Shown here in pieces: positions 51,701 to 59,932 of a stretch of 64,000 nucleotides of DNA. The translations under genes and the position numbers were made by a program. This DNA comes from Amphiscolops sp. MND2022. Its lineage: Eukaryota. The notes under the pieces are model-generated. The model was not told the origin of the DNA. It searched no databases and saw nothing but the letters and a program-made list of their open reading frames with translations. Each line of letters starts with the position of its first letter. The first letter of the stretch is position 1. The stretch is taken from contig OZ076409.1 in assembly GCA_964187785.1 (NCBI GenBank), positions 18,106,001 through 18,170,000 of the forward strand. The letters run 5' to 3'.

Positions 51701-54700
51701 TTCACACAAACCTCTTGAAATTCTTGATAGGACTCTTGGTGAGAGAGTGTCAAGAGAATAAATAAGCAAACAGTAATTTTGTTTACAAGTACTTCGCTGT
51801 TGTTCGCACTACCAGCTACACAATCATTCTATGAAGTATTGGTATTGAATATAGGACAACACAAAGTATTGAATTTTAGAACGTGATAGCTTGGTTGGTA
51901 GCGCGGAAAGCTGCGGCATAATACGCTGATTGTTGATTTGTTAACCTGAAGCTAACCCAGTGTAAAATATCTTGAAACTCTTGCAAAGATCTTGGAGTTT
52001 CCCGCAAAATCCCGTTACCTCTTAAAACCCTTGATAAGATCTTGTTTATTCTTGCTTGACACAAAACTCTTGAAATTCTTGATAGGAATCTTGGTAGAGT
52101 CTTATCAAGAGTGTCAAGAAAATAAATAAACTTGTAAAACAGACAACAATTTTGTTTACAAGTTTTTGCTGTTGTTCGCACTACCAGCTACACCATCATT
52201 CTTTGAAGTATTGGATATAAGTCAACACAAAGTATTGATATTCAGAACATGATAGTTTGGTTGGTAGCGCGAACAGCCGTGGTAGAATAGGTACGCTGAT
52301 CAAGCTGCACTTGGTGTCGGTTTTTGTTTGTTTTCTTTCACTTTTGTCAGCTCATCTCTTGAATTTCTTGGCACGATCTTGCAAGATCTTGCAAATTCGT
52401 GGATTTCTTGGTAAGGATCTTGGCAAGTCTCTTACCAAGAAATCCAGGAATATCCAAGTTTCTTATCAAGAGTTGCACGAGTTTTTACATTGGGAAGATG
52501 TTTCAGTTGGCCTTTAAGTAGATTGTCAAGTCCTCTGTTTTCCGTGAGTACATCATCAACTAACTATTCTTCTGCGAAATTCTCAAAACTGGCTGAAGCA
52601 TGATATATTGCGGCCACGGTCTCATTTGGAGATATTGCGAGTTTCTGGAGCATTTTTAATAATTCAGCAAGCGATGGACACCGGTCAACAAAATTATCGA
52701 TAGCCAACTTAGCTTCTGCATTTGCAAACATATTTGGCCTCTCTACTAGAATGACTCGCTGAATCTTCAATTGTGTCGATAACTGTTTTCGAACCTGCAA
52801 AAACATCTTTTATCTAAAATACAGACTCCAACCAAGCGCCACACTAAGTAATGCACTATTCTTCTGGCATTGGTAAGTCATTTTTTCTGAGTTAAGATCA
52901 CCATGAAGGTGCTTTGTTGAAAATTTTTTCAACAGCAACGACCATAGAACGTTTTGTGTACGTATTCGCTCACAAATTCGATGGCTCGTGCGTTCTCAAC
53001 ATATACGTGAGTCAGTTTCGGCATTAAAACCTTTATTCTTTCTACGGCTTGTAACGGCACCCTCTGGTACAGCCGATTTTGCAACTTTGGCATGTTCAGA
53101 AATTTTTTCAAAAATTCTGATTCGGTGTGACGTGGCATTGAGCATGTGATTTCTCTTTTCGCTGTTTTCGCCATTTCCAATGCAAAACGAAGACGAGGGC
53201 AGACCGAGCGAGAACACAGATAACGAGATGGCCTGAGAGCCCATAAAGACTGCGAAAAAGATGGCCCCTGTGCCCTAGCTTGTAGCTATGTGGTTTGCCC
53301 GTGCTGTATTGTATTTTTGCTGGATTTAGCCGTCCGAAATAGCTCGTGCGCTAGTTCGTGCAATTTAGATACTATACCGGATTTTAGATCTTGTTCCGAT
53401 GTCACCCTGGAATTGGAAAATTTACCTTGATCTTGGCATTGTTTTCATGTGCTAGTTAGGCGGTGGTCTTTAGAGAGTCAGGAAGATGCCCCGTTACTAT
53501 TAGCAATCAGAGACTAGGACCGGTTGGACAGTATTCGTCGAAGCACCCGCGGCCCCGGGACGTATTTCACCCCTGGAGGCAAAATAGATCTGTGGCGATG
53601 GACGCCGGTCCCGAGCGATTCACCCATTTCTGCTGATTCCTCCACCTCTATTAACGTGTTAAGCGACCGATAACAGCTTGCCGTTACAGCTTCTCATATT
53701 TTCTTTATACTGTTTTTGATAAACCGAGTTGTTGAATGACACACAACATCCAGGATCTCCATATTAACAAAATACTCTTTAGTATGATCTGGCTAAAAGC
53801 TTTCAATGACTGCATTCACTACATATCTTCTCAAAGAATCATCCTTGAATGAAATCCGAGGAATCCAAGAAATCGTAAACGAAATCCTAACCGAAATCCA
53901 CTTTTTCTTCAATGCGACAGAACTTTTAATTTCCAGAAGCCTCTTTTCGAATATTTTAAGCACATAATTGAGACGAACTGATCATTCCAAAGGTGTTGGC
54001 TTCTTTATCCCTTTTTGTAATTAGGACTATCCGCAGATTCAATAACAAATTAGCTACTTGGCATACTTCCGTAGAATACAGAGAAATCCGAAGCACTCTC
54101 AGATGAAATACAAAATTTGTCAAAAAGTCTCCAAAAATTTTCCTTGGTTTTTTCCTACCACATGGTGTTTTCAAAACGAATTTCCAACATAGTGAATTAA
54201 CAATATCCCCTTATGTTTCCATAGTCTGATGTTTTTGTTATTTTGATTTCTGACTGAAAAGAAAAAATAAGAAAATGACAAACATTAGAAAGAGTTCGGA
54301 TGGAGGAAGGGAAAAGTTTTTCATTTGTCCCGAGATTAATTGTCTGACCACTATTTAATAATTTACATGACGAAAAAGTTCGGAATGATAGTTTTTCTAA
54401 CCGGTGACGCATGGAGTATCCGCTTTTGCACTTTCGACTGGAGCACCGGTGTCAGAGCAGTACATTACTCCGGAAATTTTGCATGTACCGCTTGAAGCGG
54501 ATGAATCCAATGGTGTGGGAAGTGGGTCAATATTTGTGTGGCTGGTTGAATCGATACCAAAGTCCACGAGGGTGTCTCCAATGTAAAAATTGTACGAATC
54601 AGGGGCCGGTGTTCCTGTCCAGTCAACTGTTACTGATGACTCAGTTGCACCAGACTGTGCTAATCCAGTAGGCGTCGATGGGTCTGAAATGAGTTAACTG

Positions 54701-57700
54701 CTTGCTTCGGACGGAAAAACATCTCCAATCAACTTAATGAACGTCAATCAATCAGGGATGTACGGTAGCTAAACAAAATTTCATTATTTCCATTGCATAT
54801 TTTCTATATTCACGACATTGAATGACTGAAATGAAAAATGAAAATGTTCTTGAAAATCGTCATAGGAAAAATTAACTTCTTTATCAACCAGATCCGCATG
54901 TGCAGTAAAGGAGTCGGAAACGAATTAAAATATTGAAAAACAAAGTACGCACTCTATGGTCGTAAGATTCTCTCAAGGATTTTTGGACTAATTTTGGCTA
55001 AGTTTCTCAGATCCCAATCACATGGTTTTGATGTCATTGCACATATAAGACCCTAATATGATATAGAATGACTCTTCAAAATTTTATTCGAATCGTATGG
55101 GCAGTTTTTGCGAAAATCGGAAAATGTCTTCAAAAAAGCTTCATTCATATTCGAACTAAGACTAGCCACGCTTCACTGAAGCTGTGATTATGAAGAGAAA
55201 CAGATATCAAAAAATTGAGAGCATTGGTCCCAAATTTTCTTTATTGCTGTCACGTTACGAAAGCATGTGATTGTTACTATTGTTATACACTAAGGTACCA
55301 AAAAGTTAAAGAAACTCCATTTCGCTGACAAAAATTCAAATCGCAATAAATCTTACTAAGCTGAAACAATAGAAACGGTGTCTTTGTCAAGGTTTGGCAT
55401 GTCTTCTAAAAGTGCATGATTGGAGACCGAAGTACTCATTCGCCGTATAGCCAATTATATAATTTTTGCGGACTCCGTTGTCCAACGTATGTGAAACTTG
55501 TTGTAAATGAGCGTATCCACACTAATGTAAGCTAAAAAATTTTCATCAAATTACAGGGGATTTTTTCAGTTGGCACGTTGCGAAATTTATCATGAAATAC
55601 CTCGAAAACTGTTGTTCGTAACAAAAAATGTCTGCAATAAAAATTTGTACCTTTGATTACTGTTGAGGCAATAAAAATGATCTAAGGAATTTTATCGGCA
55701 AAACTGCTCAAAAATAGGCAATATTTCGCATAATACCTGATGAGGTAACTTTTGAGTTTTGATTCGACTTCAAACCATAAACATCGTTGTACTTTTGACA
55801 GGAACAAAGCGTTTTGGAAACATAGAGACCCCGTTAGGGTTTTTCGGCACTGTGTGACTCACCAAAAGAAACGCAGAAACTTGCATACATTTTTCTGTTC
55901 TGTAAAACCAATTTCCTGTGTCTGGTGGATGATATCTTAGCTTCAAAGTGACCACAGTAGGACTGGTGAGAGTTTTGGCCTTGTGCGAAGTTCACGCTAA
56001 GCGAAATTTTTTTGTACTAGAGTCTCGTCTCAATGTGATAGGATATTGGATGTTTTCAGTTTACAAAACATGATTTTTGAGTCTGAAAAGTCACACCTTG
56101 TGATATTTTTGGCACCATGCGACTTTCTTTTATTAGAAATTTACCCAAAATTTTCCCATTTACCATCGACATCGAATTTTTGTGATATTTTCAGTTTTAA
56201 AAATCTTTTTCTTCCGCTGAAAGGTCCCACTTTGGACAATTTCTGTTGTATCAGTATTCAAAAAATATTGCAATGCCACTGAATCTCTTGATCAGATATA
56301 AAACACCGTGTGTTCGTACGGCGACAACTCATATCAGGCGATAACTCATATCAATTTGAGAAAGCGACAACTCATATCAAGCGAAATAAGCAAAACCAAA
56401 AATTCTTACTAGTGCATCCAGTAGCAGTTATCGGACTTTCAGCAATTGCAGTTCCCCCACCGTCTAAAACCACAACGTCGAATGTATAGCCAGTTGCCTC
56501 GGTAAGGCCAGAGACCACGATAGAAAGGCCGGTGGGGGTGATAGTCTCCCCGGTACAAGCGCTCCCAGAAGATGAAAGCGCGCAAGTAATGCTGCCAACA
56601 CTGACGGCGCCTGGTGTATCCACCACGAAGGTGAGAGACGTGTCCGATCTATCTGCATCTGTATCGTAGATCACGGTCGCCATGCAGTCACACACTGTTA
56701 AAGATGAAGTACCGATCGGTTAAAATGCTATATCGGTTAAAATGCTATATCGAAGTAACTGAAATTGAACGGTAAACGTCCCATGAAAACAACGCGCACC
56801 AGCAATTAGAACTCTTGTAAGTTTAACAATCAATCAAAATCTCGAGATGGTTATAGGTTATTTCAATTAATTTCAACCTTACGATTGTTTCATCTCAAAA
56901 CGCAATTTCCAACACGAAATATGCAAATACTGCATGTCGTTTTGGACATATTCTCAAATTGAATTCACGTTTTGAATGTTCGCCCTTTTGGTAACATGGA
57001 AACAGGTACCAATAAAACAACGTCAAGATAATCCAGCCAAATTGCAATGTAAAAACACCGGGCCAAAGTTGTACAAAAAGGTGTAGAGAAGTATTTATCT
57101 CAGACAATGTTGCATGTGTAAAAATGGCCCCGGCAAATTAGCCCCTAGATTACTCGGGTAACTCGGTATTTAAAAACTTTTACCTGCAGTTTACCTGAAA
57201 CGTCTGGTAAGTCAAAGACATTTCTCAATCATAGCTGAAGCTGTACTATGTGAATGCTTGAGTAATACTGATGGGAGCAGTTTCTTTTAAAAAAAAACAG
57301 CAAAGAGAGCACAGATTTGCATGATACACCCAGCTAGATGATACCCTTGGTTGTTGCATTTTCTAACACACTTCTATTCAAACATTTTATAATGATAGTT
57401 TTCATGTAGAAAATTGAAGGTTGGATGGAGATATTTAGGATCAAAACGCTTACACACAGTATACGACAGTGCACGTATATGCGGGATGAAGGAATTACGA
57501 ACTTTTTCGATGATTATTAGTTCAATCGCTCAAAATACTACGTAGATGAAAAATAAAGCATCATGTGAACCGAATTTATTTATATAACTGCCACTCCTTA
57601 CAGTTCCTGTGGTTTTTTGGTAAATCTGACCCTGTCCGCCGATTTATTTTGGGAGATATGAGTCCTTTAAACGTTTAAATTAATTCTGGTCACTAAATCT

Positions 57701-58193
57701 AATCTTGGTTTACATTTATCATGTCATTTAAACAATTTTTTACATTTTGTAAGAAATTGTTATCTGGCGACACCATCTGAATTCCTTAGAAAAATCAACC
57801 TCACCACTACCAACGAAACGAGGCTAATGAGGTTTGAAAGTTTCATGTTTTGTATGCGTTTGTAGAGTAGCGCGTTTGTCGTTTGCATGTAGTTCGAATC
57901 CCGGTACAGTCAAATTGTTGGTGGAAATTCGGGAGTAGAGTGGTGATTGCAATGTATGAGACAGATGGCTCTGAAGTCGAAGGTTATATCACGGGATCGA
58001 GACCAGTTACCATGCAAAACATCTCGGTTGAAATATCAAAAATTTCACGCGAACCAAAAATTCGCTGGAAAAAATCTTGAAAGTTTGTGATCAAAAATCA
58101 AATGTAAGACACTGAAGGTAAAAAGAACTTACCAGACGTCAACGCAAGCAGCCATATTGTTGCGAAAAACAACAAATCATAAAATTTCGCCAT
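4865..58193 (-). CDS. Multi-exon host gene for a secreted or cell-surface protein: signal peptide, about 9 FN3 repeats and 2 FN2-like modules (3' end lies outside the window; resembles a receptor-PTP or other FN3-array ectodomain)
   Basis: Phase-compatible GT-AG exons read by eye: 58133-58193 (MAKFYDLLFFATIWLLALTS signal peptide), 56410-56694, 54402-54683, 48929-49096, 28139-28216, 27500-27793, 26957-27256, 25298-25591, 17647-17883, ~14030-14284, 11411-11503, 10638-10733, 9819-9926, 8779-8963, 4865-5123 (about 998 codons). FN3 hallmarks: P..P start, strand-B Trp (VTWANP, ITWTNP, LSWTAP), L..GT.Y motifs (GLTAETCYNF, SLTPGTQYYV, SLTAGTDYTV). Almost all introns are phase 1. Confidence 0.85.
7156..7796. 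mobile_element. Non-autonomous TIR element (CCC...GGG ends, TA flanks, AGATCTGC subterminal repeats), CMC/EnSpm-like
   Basis: CCCGGGTTTTCGATCTTTGCGAATCTGTGC at the left end versus GCACAGATTCGCAAAGATCGAAAACCTGGG at the right end; TA on both sides. Confidence 0.75.
7927..8230 (+). repeat. Dispersed repeat with a diverged second copy at ~53378-53690
   Basis: Shared GATTTTAGATC.TGTTC...GTCACCCTG start and GTTAAGC...ACAGCTTG.CGT end. Confidence 0.5.
9523..9797 (+). repeat. Compound microsatellite (AAAG)n-(AG)n-(AGAGAC)n-(AG)n
   Basis: Direct reading; accounts for the spurious SLSL, ETET and RQRQ ORFs. Confidence 0.97.
10411..10481 (+). repeat. Short tandem repeat of CAGACAGTGGTCTC
   Basis: About four imperfect 14-bp copies. 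Confidence 0.7.
14940..15900 (+). pseudogene. Decayed Gypsy gag fragment
   Basis: FIWEMGESVIAEIT...QFIPEQNTFHSRVDVF is similar to the gag remnant near 63060; frameshifted. Confidence 0.6.
18138..18685 (-). mobile_element. HINE/Helentron-associated-like repeat, family A (other copies at ~4019-4426 and ~54886-55125)
   Basis: Sub-terminal inverted repeat GGAGTC(G/C)G / CCGACTCC, terminal palindrome CCGCATATGCGG, T-rich end and internal tandem units; three copies in the window. Confidence 0.6.
21400..23300 (+). pseudogene. Decayed non-LTR retrotransposon (LINE; endonuclease and RT remnants)
   Basis: DPKDYRPISLLSSSGKIFGKII near 22665, GF...A...ITD, and GVSQG-like near 23050; a LTET endonuclease-like remnant near 21475. 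Boundaries are approximate. Confidence 0.65.
24360..24892. mobile_element. Foldback/MITE-like element with AAATAACTTCTAAA repeats in inverted arms
   Basis: GTAAATAACTTCTAAATAAATAA at the left, TTATTTATTTAGAAGTTATTTAC at the right, and a GCGAAGC-rich core. Confidence 0.7.
25829..26348 (-). mobile_element. HINE/Helentron-associated-like repeat, family B (other copies at ~1099-1669 and ending ~13746; isolated ends at ~50690-50722 and ~59780-59813)
   Basis: AACAAGCCGG...TTAGTCGGCGCC at one end and GC(G/A)C(C/T)GACTAAAA at the other (asymmetric sub-TIR plus short hairpin); internal GGGACCCTTTGG-type units. Confidence 0.55.
28661..30895 (-). repeat. 3' LTR (2235 bp)
   Basis: Direct repeat of 45705-47939, bounded on the left by the GCATG duplication and preceded (minus strand) by a short purine tract GGGGAG. 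Confidence 0.96.
29621..30428 (+). repeat. Array of GATG-N7-GATG dyads with a 60-bp period in the LTR (copy at +17044 in the 5' LTR)
   Basis: Dyads start at 29621, 29682, 29742, 29801, 29861, 29921, 29991, 30051, 30111 (triple), 30182, 30231, 30304 and 30414, while the intervening sequence is diverged. Confidence 0.9.
31422..31506. promoter_or_regulatory. Two RFX-type X-boxes upstream of the antisense cargo gene
   Basis: GTTGCCATAGCAAC (31422-31435) and GTCGCCATAGCAAC (31493-31506) fit the X-box palindrome GTTGCCATGGCAAC; an inverted CCAAT box (ATTGG) lies near 31521. Confidence 0.6.
32021..36796 (+). CDS. Antisense cargo gene inside the retrotransposon: 8 exons, about 1045 aa; disordered Ser/Pro/acidic N-terminus, BED-like zinc finger and hAT-transposase-like body
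   Basis: Exons 32021-32072, 32150-32305, 32405-32500, 32802-33455, 34133-34692, 34884-35369, 35508-35703 and 35859-36796. All seven introns are GT-AG and preserve frame (sum 3138 nt = 1046 codons). The exons join five separate ORF-track fragments. AATAAA at 36897-36902. Zinc finger CLLCKRDINVGSRGITTFMEHCRGLRH. The exon 4 donor (AG/GTTAAC) is the weakest junction. Confidence 0.8.
39420..41840 (-). CDS. pol: Pol part 2: C-terminal RNase H, integrase (HHCC, DDE, GPY/F) and acidic tail; separated from part 1 by a 1-nt frameshift
   Basis: TDNKAL and NPAADYLSR (RNase H); H-x6-H...CENC zinc site; DIVGPLP, TDKG and VERTH catalytic motifs; WKGPYKV GPY/F motif. Confidence 0.95.
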   Translation of the reverse strand: MGCEKPIIVMTDNKALTRFFQAKHIPPSLWNFCDQTLQFNFLLAHVPGVENPAADYLSRLEIRPEDRVHLKLTDTIPIHRIEIDIASRTPKQEEDEPDYFPASEPLRCKRQKDVKEMKLATGTDVAHDDGKGMKFTNCERTAASDDFATDNHLTYRLTDVDEPIQLSQFIRKVSLSHPVMSQVSPAEGIDLIQVQKNNWVIQKMIRFLEGTEILQHPVNMQDQFFQKLYKNRKRLQVVNGVLYRQFFDHMGLESHKQLVVPEDCILKIIRTLHNSPVQGHPGLKKMLYELRKRYYSPNLAYKVQKVLDGCENCMKSKSVKETQLRPPLQKIYDPCDGPEDLLEIDIVGPLPASNGFTHILTAVDVFSRYLFAVPLKRPDTHSVVRGLLSIFTKHAYVPKHILTDKGTAFTAELLSEIAKAADIHISHATIKHAQTIGMVERTHAKLKKILKISVNADRPQWDRYVDIAIMAHNTTYHDSLKCSPTEIFHGRTPYNSLDLQFRNANKPAETKCKDVNEILDKMNFIFRDNLDNIISAYHKYKTYYDRKARAQPLKVNDFVFLLDPKYDSQRSKEEFKTFHWKGPYKVIKVLSDSNYIIRKVGTHQTQCVHRMRLRLFKPEFPIDDINMSKHLYPDTERVEDTDIFDSNIPMTDEVDQDENDNLDQDLVEKEPSEETIPRVQEQHTPQVIPPEITTRIDYQQVETDHNNFRPPTVRFGTREEIILPPPRDESRIRVPLRDEQHENQSQQTNTQNENEERMSSRPSRSNQSRYRLRENPTPKTYPDFLIHEITSARNALRKTNKIDVTI
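41810..44512 (-). CDS. pol: Pol part 1: aspartic protease, reverse transcriptase, N-terminal RNase H (in the -1 frame relative to gag)
   Basis: LLDTGA protease; RT motifs LRILVDLRRIN, KLDCSQAYH, LAQGL, QYVDD; RNase H CDAS and KEFLA. Confidence 0.95.
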   Translation of the reverse strand: MIPPRFPPARNTTRDQRLSTQPTTHDRPMKKWQPSLDKRPKADDVYQRRLSNDEKAMRNASQLNGSRFSPLAEINDEQTMNWQPNTMRQVEDAKEMETHHLDDDSTSHSTIDKRLSIKKHAKQSSINVSKTKKHAIKTEIHVLSPTLHLNKKDKMLYVPLQFDKYENSALLDTGAIQSAMSEAELRKITTAHPEAILQEFPPPNFKIQIANGNLVPVRKQVLLRFYVAGKVFEETFLILPTMGTILIGMSFFEKYSVNLDIKNHLVHFPNHMMSMQVRQQKNNRFKTGLIDLCSSTRTVIPPLHQVMIQVHSDADISLTTGTVEGSPGFMRKTCLLVSPALVDLDEGKTTIQVTNPNNHTYTLEANTTLAHFRIPTPHQAANITPMPVEHLNLITKYPDEAEAVINQLFVNPEMKSTKWYPTPETCSEPDKLNAIERRIYDEILALRELEKLDPSQSDEQRMNFLKNFNWDDSLLTPSQRLQVEELLVKYNSIFARHRFDIGMNTDFKVKLTPQHEEPVYSQSLPTPTNLKDDLLVELALMQEYGIITTLPHSKYSSPIFAQRKPNGKLRILVDLRRINHLIKNDYGEHNHPVTTIADAAQHMAGKKYFCKLDCSQAYHCIPMADEQSVQLLSFNFGSRTFAFLRLAQGLNRSLSAFTGVIREYLDPLVKADRCAQYVDDIGIAAHSPEELITNLELVFQQLQKAGLKLSMSKCEFGQKQIEYLGKTISSTGIAPIEKRVTDYLTKLKPPNSVKALQRYLGFVNFYRSYIPRLADKTCCLQELIKKDVPFKLNQQHKDAIFEINESLLKATKVSLKLPLPDKQLVIMCDASEHAAGYVLLIEDYADPSVKHTYAPVAFGSKKFQGGQMSLTMYAKEFLAMHFAFDEFGHILWGAKNPSLL
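44509..46014 (-). CDS. gag: Gag, 501 aa, with N-terminal coiled coil and two CCHC zinc knuckles
   Basis: Intact ORF; LRSGR N-terminal motif; capsid-like region (VPNFRGQKDKFVEFE...LRDDAIEYW); knuckles CFYCGKTGHRKTEC and CQICGYTGHSARDC. Confidence 0.93.
   Translation of the reverse strand: MNPDLGTELRSGRVISSSSETPIQTDPDMAQSSANDSDSNEVSDISSQLSEIKESYERKINELQNEFSQLKDLMMAVISKTDTENRQSTSKGPSKPTHTVGFDMVTGATETRSNRPTTSFTNFRSYQEDDSDEGESTPRSNEERLLNAIETIPQRIKNTTTNTKLLQTHVPNFRGQKDKFVEFEHLLLNHLSPLANKITEENKLHFFQSLLRDDAIEYWQSIQITPMTTLKDVLDLFRKEFAKEDLKEVARYKWDQARYDPTTETFGDFLKNLKKTAKQAFGNEADRIIKMFLFGKLPVEIQQELTMANKEESSPEEIKTYLMRKYQYQQYVAPPTAIQPFNAVTSSAPPTITTTKPTTTTTTAQPTERKRFEGQCFYCGKTGHRKTECRARQRDEANGIKKEDAIPMKKAADPDKPKYNPKLVCQICGYTGHSARDCRRRVPKESSSAYGKIPYATNSQDDNRTRRQDLKRQQKPMNPMQAVTEEEDQETYSDEDINQGF
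44512..44518 (-). promoter_or_regulatory. -1 ribosomal frameshift slippery site at the gag/pol junction
   Basis: CAG GGT TTT TGA contains the G_GGU_UUU heptamer immediately before the gag stop; pol continues in the -1 frame (TTG ATT CCG). Confidence 0.75.
45693..45704 (-). promoter_or_regulatory. Primer-binding site, tRNA-Leu-like
   Basis: TGGTGACAGGAG directly follows the 5' LTR CA end. It is an 11/12 match to the typical metazoan tRNA-Leu(CAG) PBS TGGTGTCAGGAG (recalled, not searched). Confidence 0.75.
45705..47939 (-). repeat. 5' LTR (2235 bp)
   Basis: Minus strand begins TGTCATGCCAGCATG and ends ...TTCGACA. Matches 28661-30895 at offset 17044; only two substitutions noticed (28715/45759 and 30494/47538). 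Confidence 0.96.
46441..46607 (-). promoter_or_regulatory. Putative LTR promoter: X-box, E-box palindrome and CCAAT boxes
   Basis: GTTTCTATAGCAAC (46594-46607), GTCACGTGAC (~46474) and two CCAAT boxes on the minus strand (~46442, ~46466). They lie between the dyad array and the gag ATG. Confidence 0.5.
49563..50314. mobile_element. Non-autonomous TIR element (CCCAG ends, TA flanks, CCATG/CAAG subterminal repeats)
   Basis: CCCAGTACGAAGCCATGG ... CCATGGCTTCGAACACTGGG, with dense short repeats at both ends. Confidence 0.75.
51460..53200 (-). pseudogene. Decayed hAT-like transposase, interrupted by MITE insertions
   Basis: STAPVDVERSFSVYEVVLTENGKRFSSDDLYHHLV resembles the hAT C-terminal ERxFS (catalytic Glu/dimerization) segment; further broken ORFs at 52564-53244. 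Confidence 0.55.
51956..52494. mobile_element. Non-autonomous TIR element (CCCAG ends, AA flanks, TCTTG/CAAGA repeats); a truncated sister copy lies at ~51603-51930
   Basis: CCCAGTGTAAAATATCTTGAAACTCTTG ... CAAGAGTTGCACGAGTTTTTACATTGGG; AA on both sides. Confidence 0.7.
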
Positions 58194-59932
58194 GCAACCT
58201 CAATTTTTCATTTTTCTGCACAAGAATAAAAAAATTATTCAGCCTGAATTAAATATTGGAGCTGCAGTGAGTGTACAAATTTGAAATGATCAATAAAAAT
58301 TTTATTCTTTTCTCTGAGTAGTTTATTACAATTAAACTCAACAAGAGAGAAAATGAACTTCAGTATTTAGCTTTTGAAAAATCTCCTTTCAAACTTGTAC
58401 AAGAAAAAATGGCTGAAACGACCAACAAACGTCACAGCCACATAATTATGACTTCGTTCAATTTTTAACTTATTGTTGAAAATTAAGAATAAGCCAACCG
58501 CGTTTCCAAAATTACAGGAGAAACTTAATTAGATTCAATTTATCATATAATTGGATGCTTTACATCAGCAAGCTAAAATCTCAGATACTTGTTAACTCGA
58601 GTACCAGCAAAATGACCGGATATGGACGAATTATACCCGCCGAGCTATTTTTTGAATGTTTTTGGTCGCCAAAAATTTCACGTGAGCAAATTGCATCATC
58701 TTTCTCTAGCACAATTTTGTTTAAAAAATCTCAGTACAATTTTTGGCCAGCGATTTACAGTATTACCACAGTTGCTTTGAAAACTCTGTGACAAGCAATG
58801 CGAAGTTCTCTGTCAAAACGACGTGCTGTTATGTAATCTTTCATTGTTACATATGAACACCAGAGCAGCTCACAATTTTAAAATTGGATTAGTTTTGAGA
58901 AGAAATTATCGAAGAAAAACTAAAGTCGAAGCATCAAGATTATTTTTCCAATAATGTTTTAGCCACAATTGTGCAGTCAAGAGCTAAGACCTCTAAAGTC
59001 CTAAACAGCAGCATTTCGGAAAGTACACGCATCAACTTTCTTGATTTAAAAAGTTTCTCGAGTTCAAGACCTGATTTTAATCGAGAAATTGGAAACTTTC
59101 GACTAGTTAACTCGAACTTCACTTCCATCGAAATCAATAATACGTACAATTTTCAACTTTCGTAGTCCGAAGTAAAAAAATTTTTCGACTGTTGCTCTCT
59201 CCACTTTTTCTTCTTCTGGTTTATTGCTATCGCTTGAGAAACTAGATAGAATGAAACTGAACTCCCAATCGATGCAAACATAAGTGGATCTTCTCACGAT
59301 ACAAGCAGTGTTCAATAAAATGAAACTTACGCGAAGTAGAGCGGTGTTCTAAGATTACCAAATACATTGATTGAAATATAAAATTTCAAAACCAAATAAA
59401 TCAAAATAGAAGACGCCTGCGGAGCAGCGAGATATTTTCCGCCCCCAACTGTTCTACAACGACATAAATTTGAGGCTCAAGAATAGTCAATGCAATATGA
59501 AAATGCATAGAAGTTCGCATAAAAGAAAATTTTGATTCGTCTTAGCCCATTTTTAGAGCAAACCCCTAATTTATAAACACGCGAAGTACCTAACTGTTTT
59601 GTTGTTCAACTGAGTGGATACCAGTACCTAAGATACCAAATTATCAGTCGGCTCTTTTCGTCAGGAAAGAGCTTGTTTTTCCTGTTGGGAAAAAGGTGTT
59701 TCCGAGTCTCAGGGGTAGTTTTTGGCACTGAGAAAACAGGTAAAAGATTGAAACTGTGTTCTTTGCAAGTTTAAGAAACTTAGCGGGCGCCAACTTGGGC
59801 GGTCCCGGTTTGTTATATTATTGAACATAACGTCACCAGAAGTGTCAAAAAGTGATTTCCACAAATTGGAGGTCAATTTGAATTTTTCAACATGAAACTA
59901 CGCATGTCTCTTCTAAAACGCATAATGGAAAC

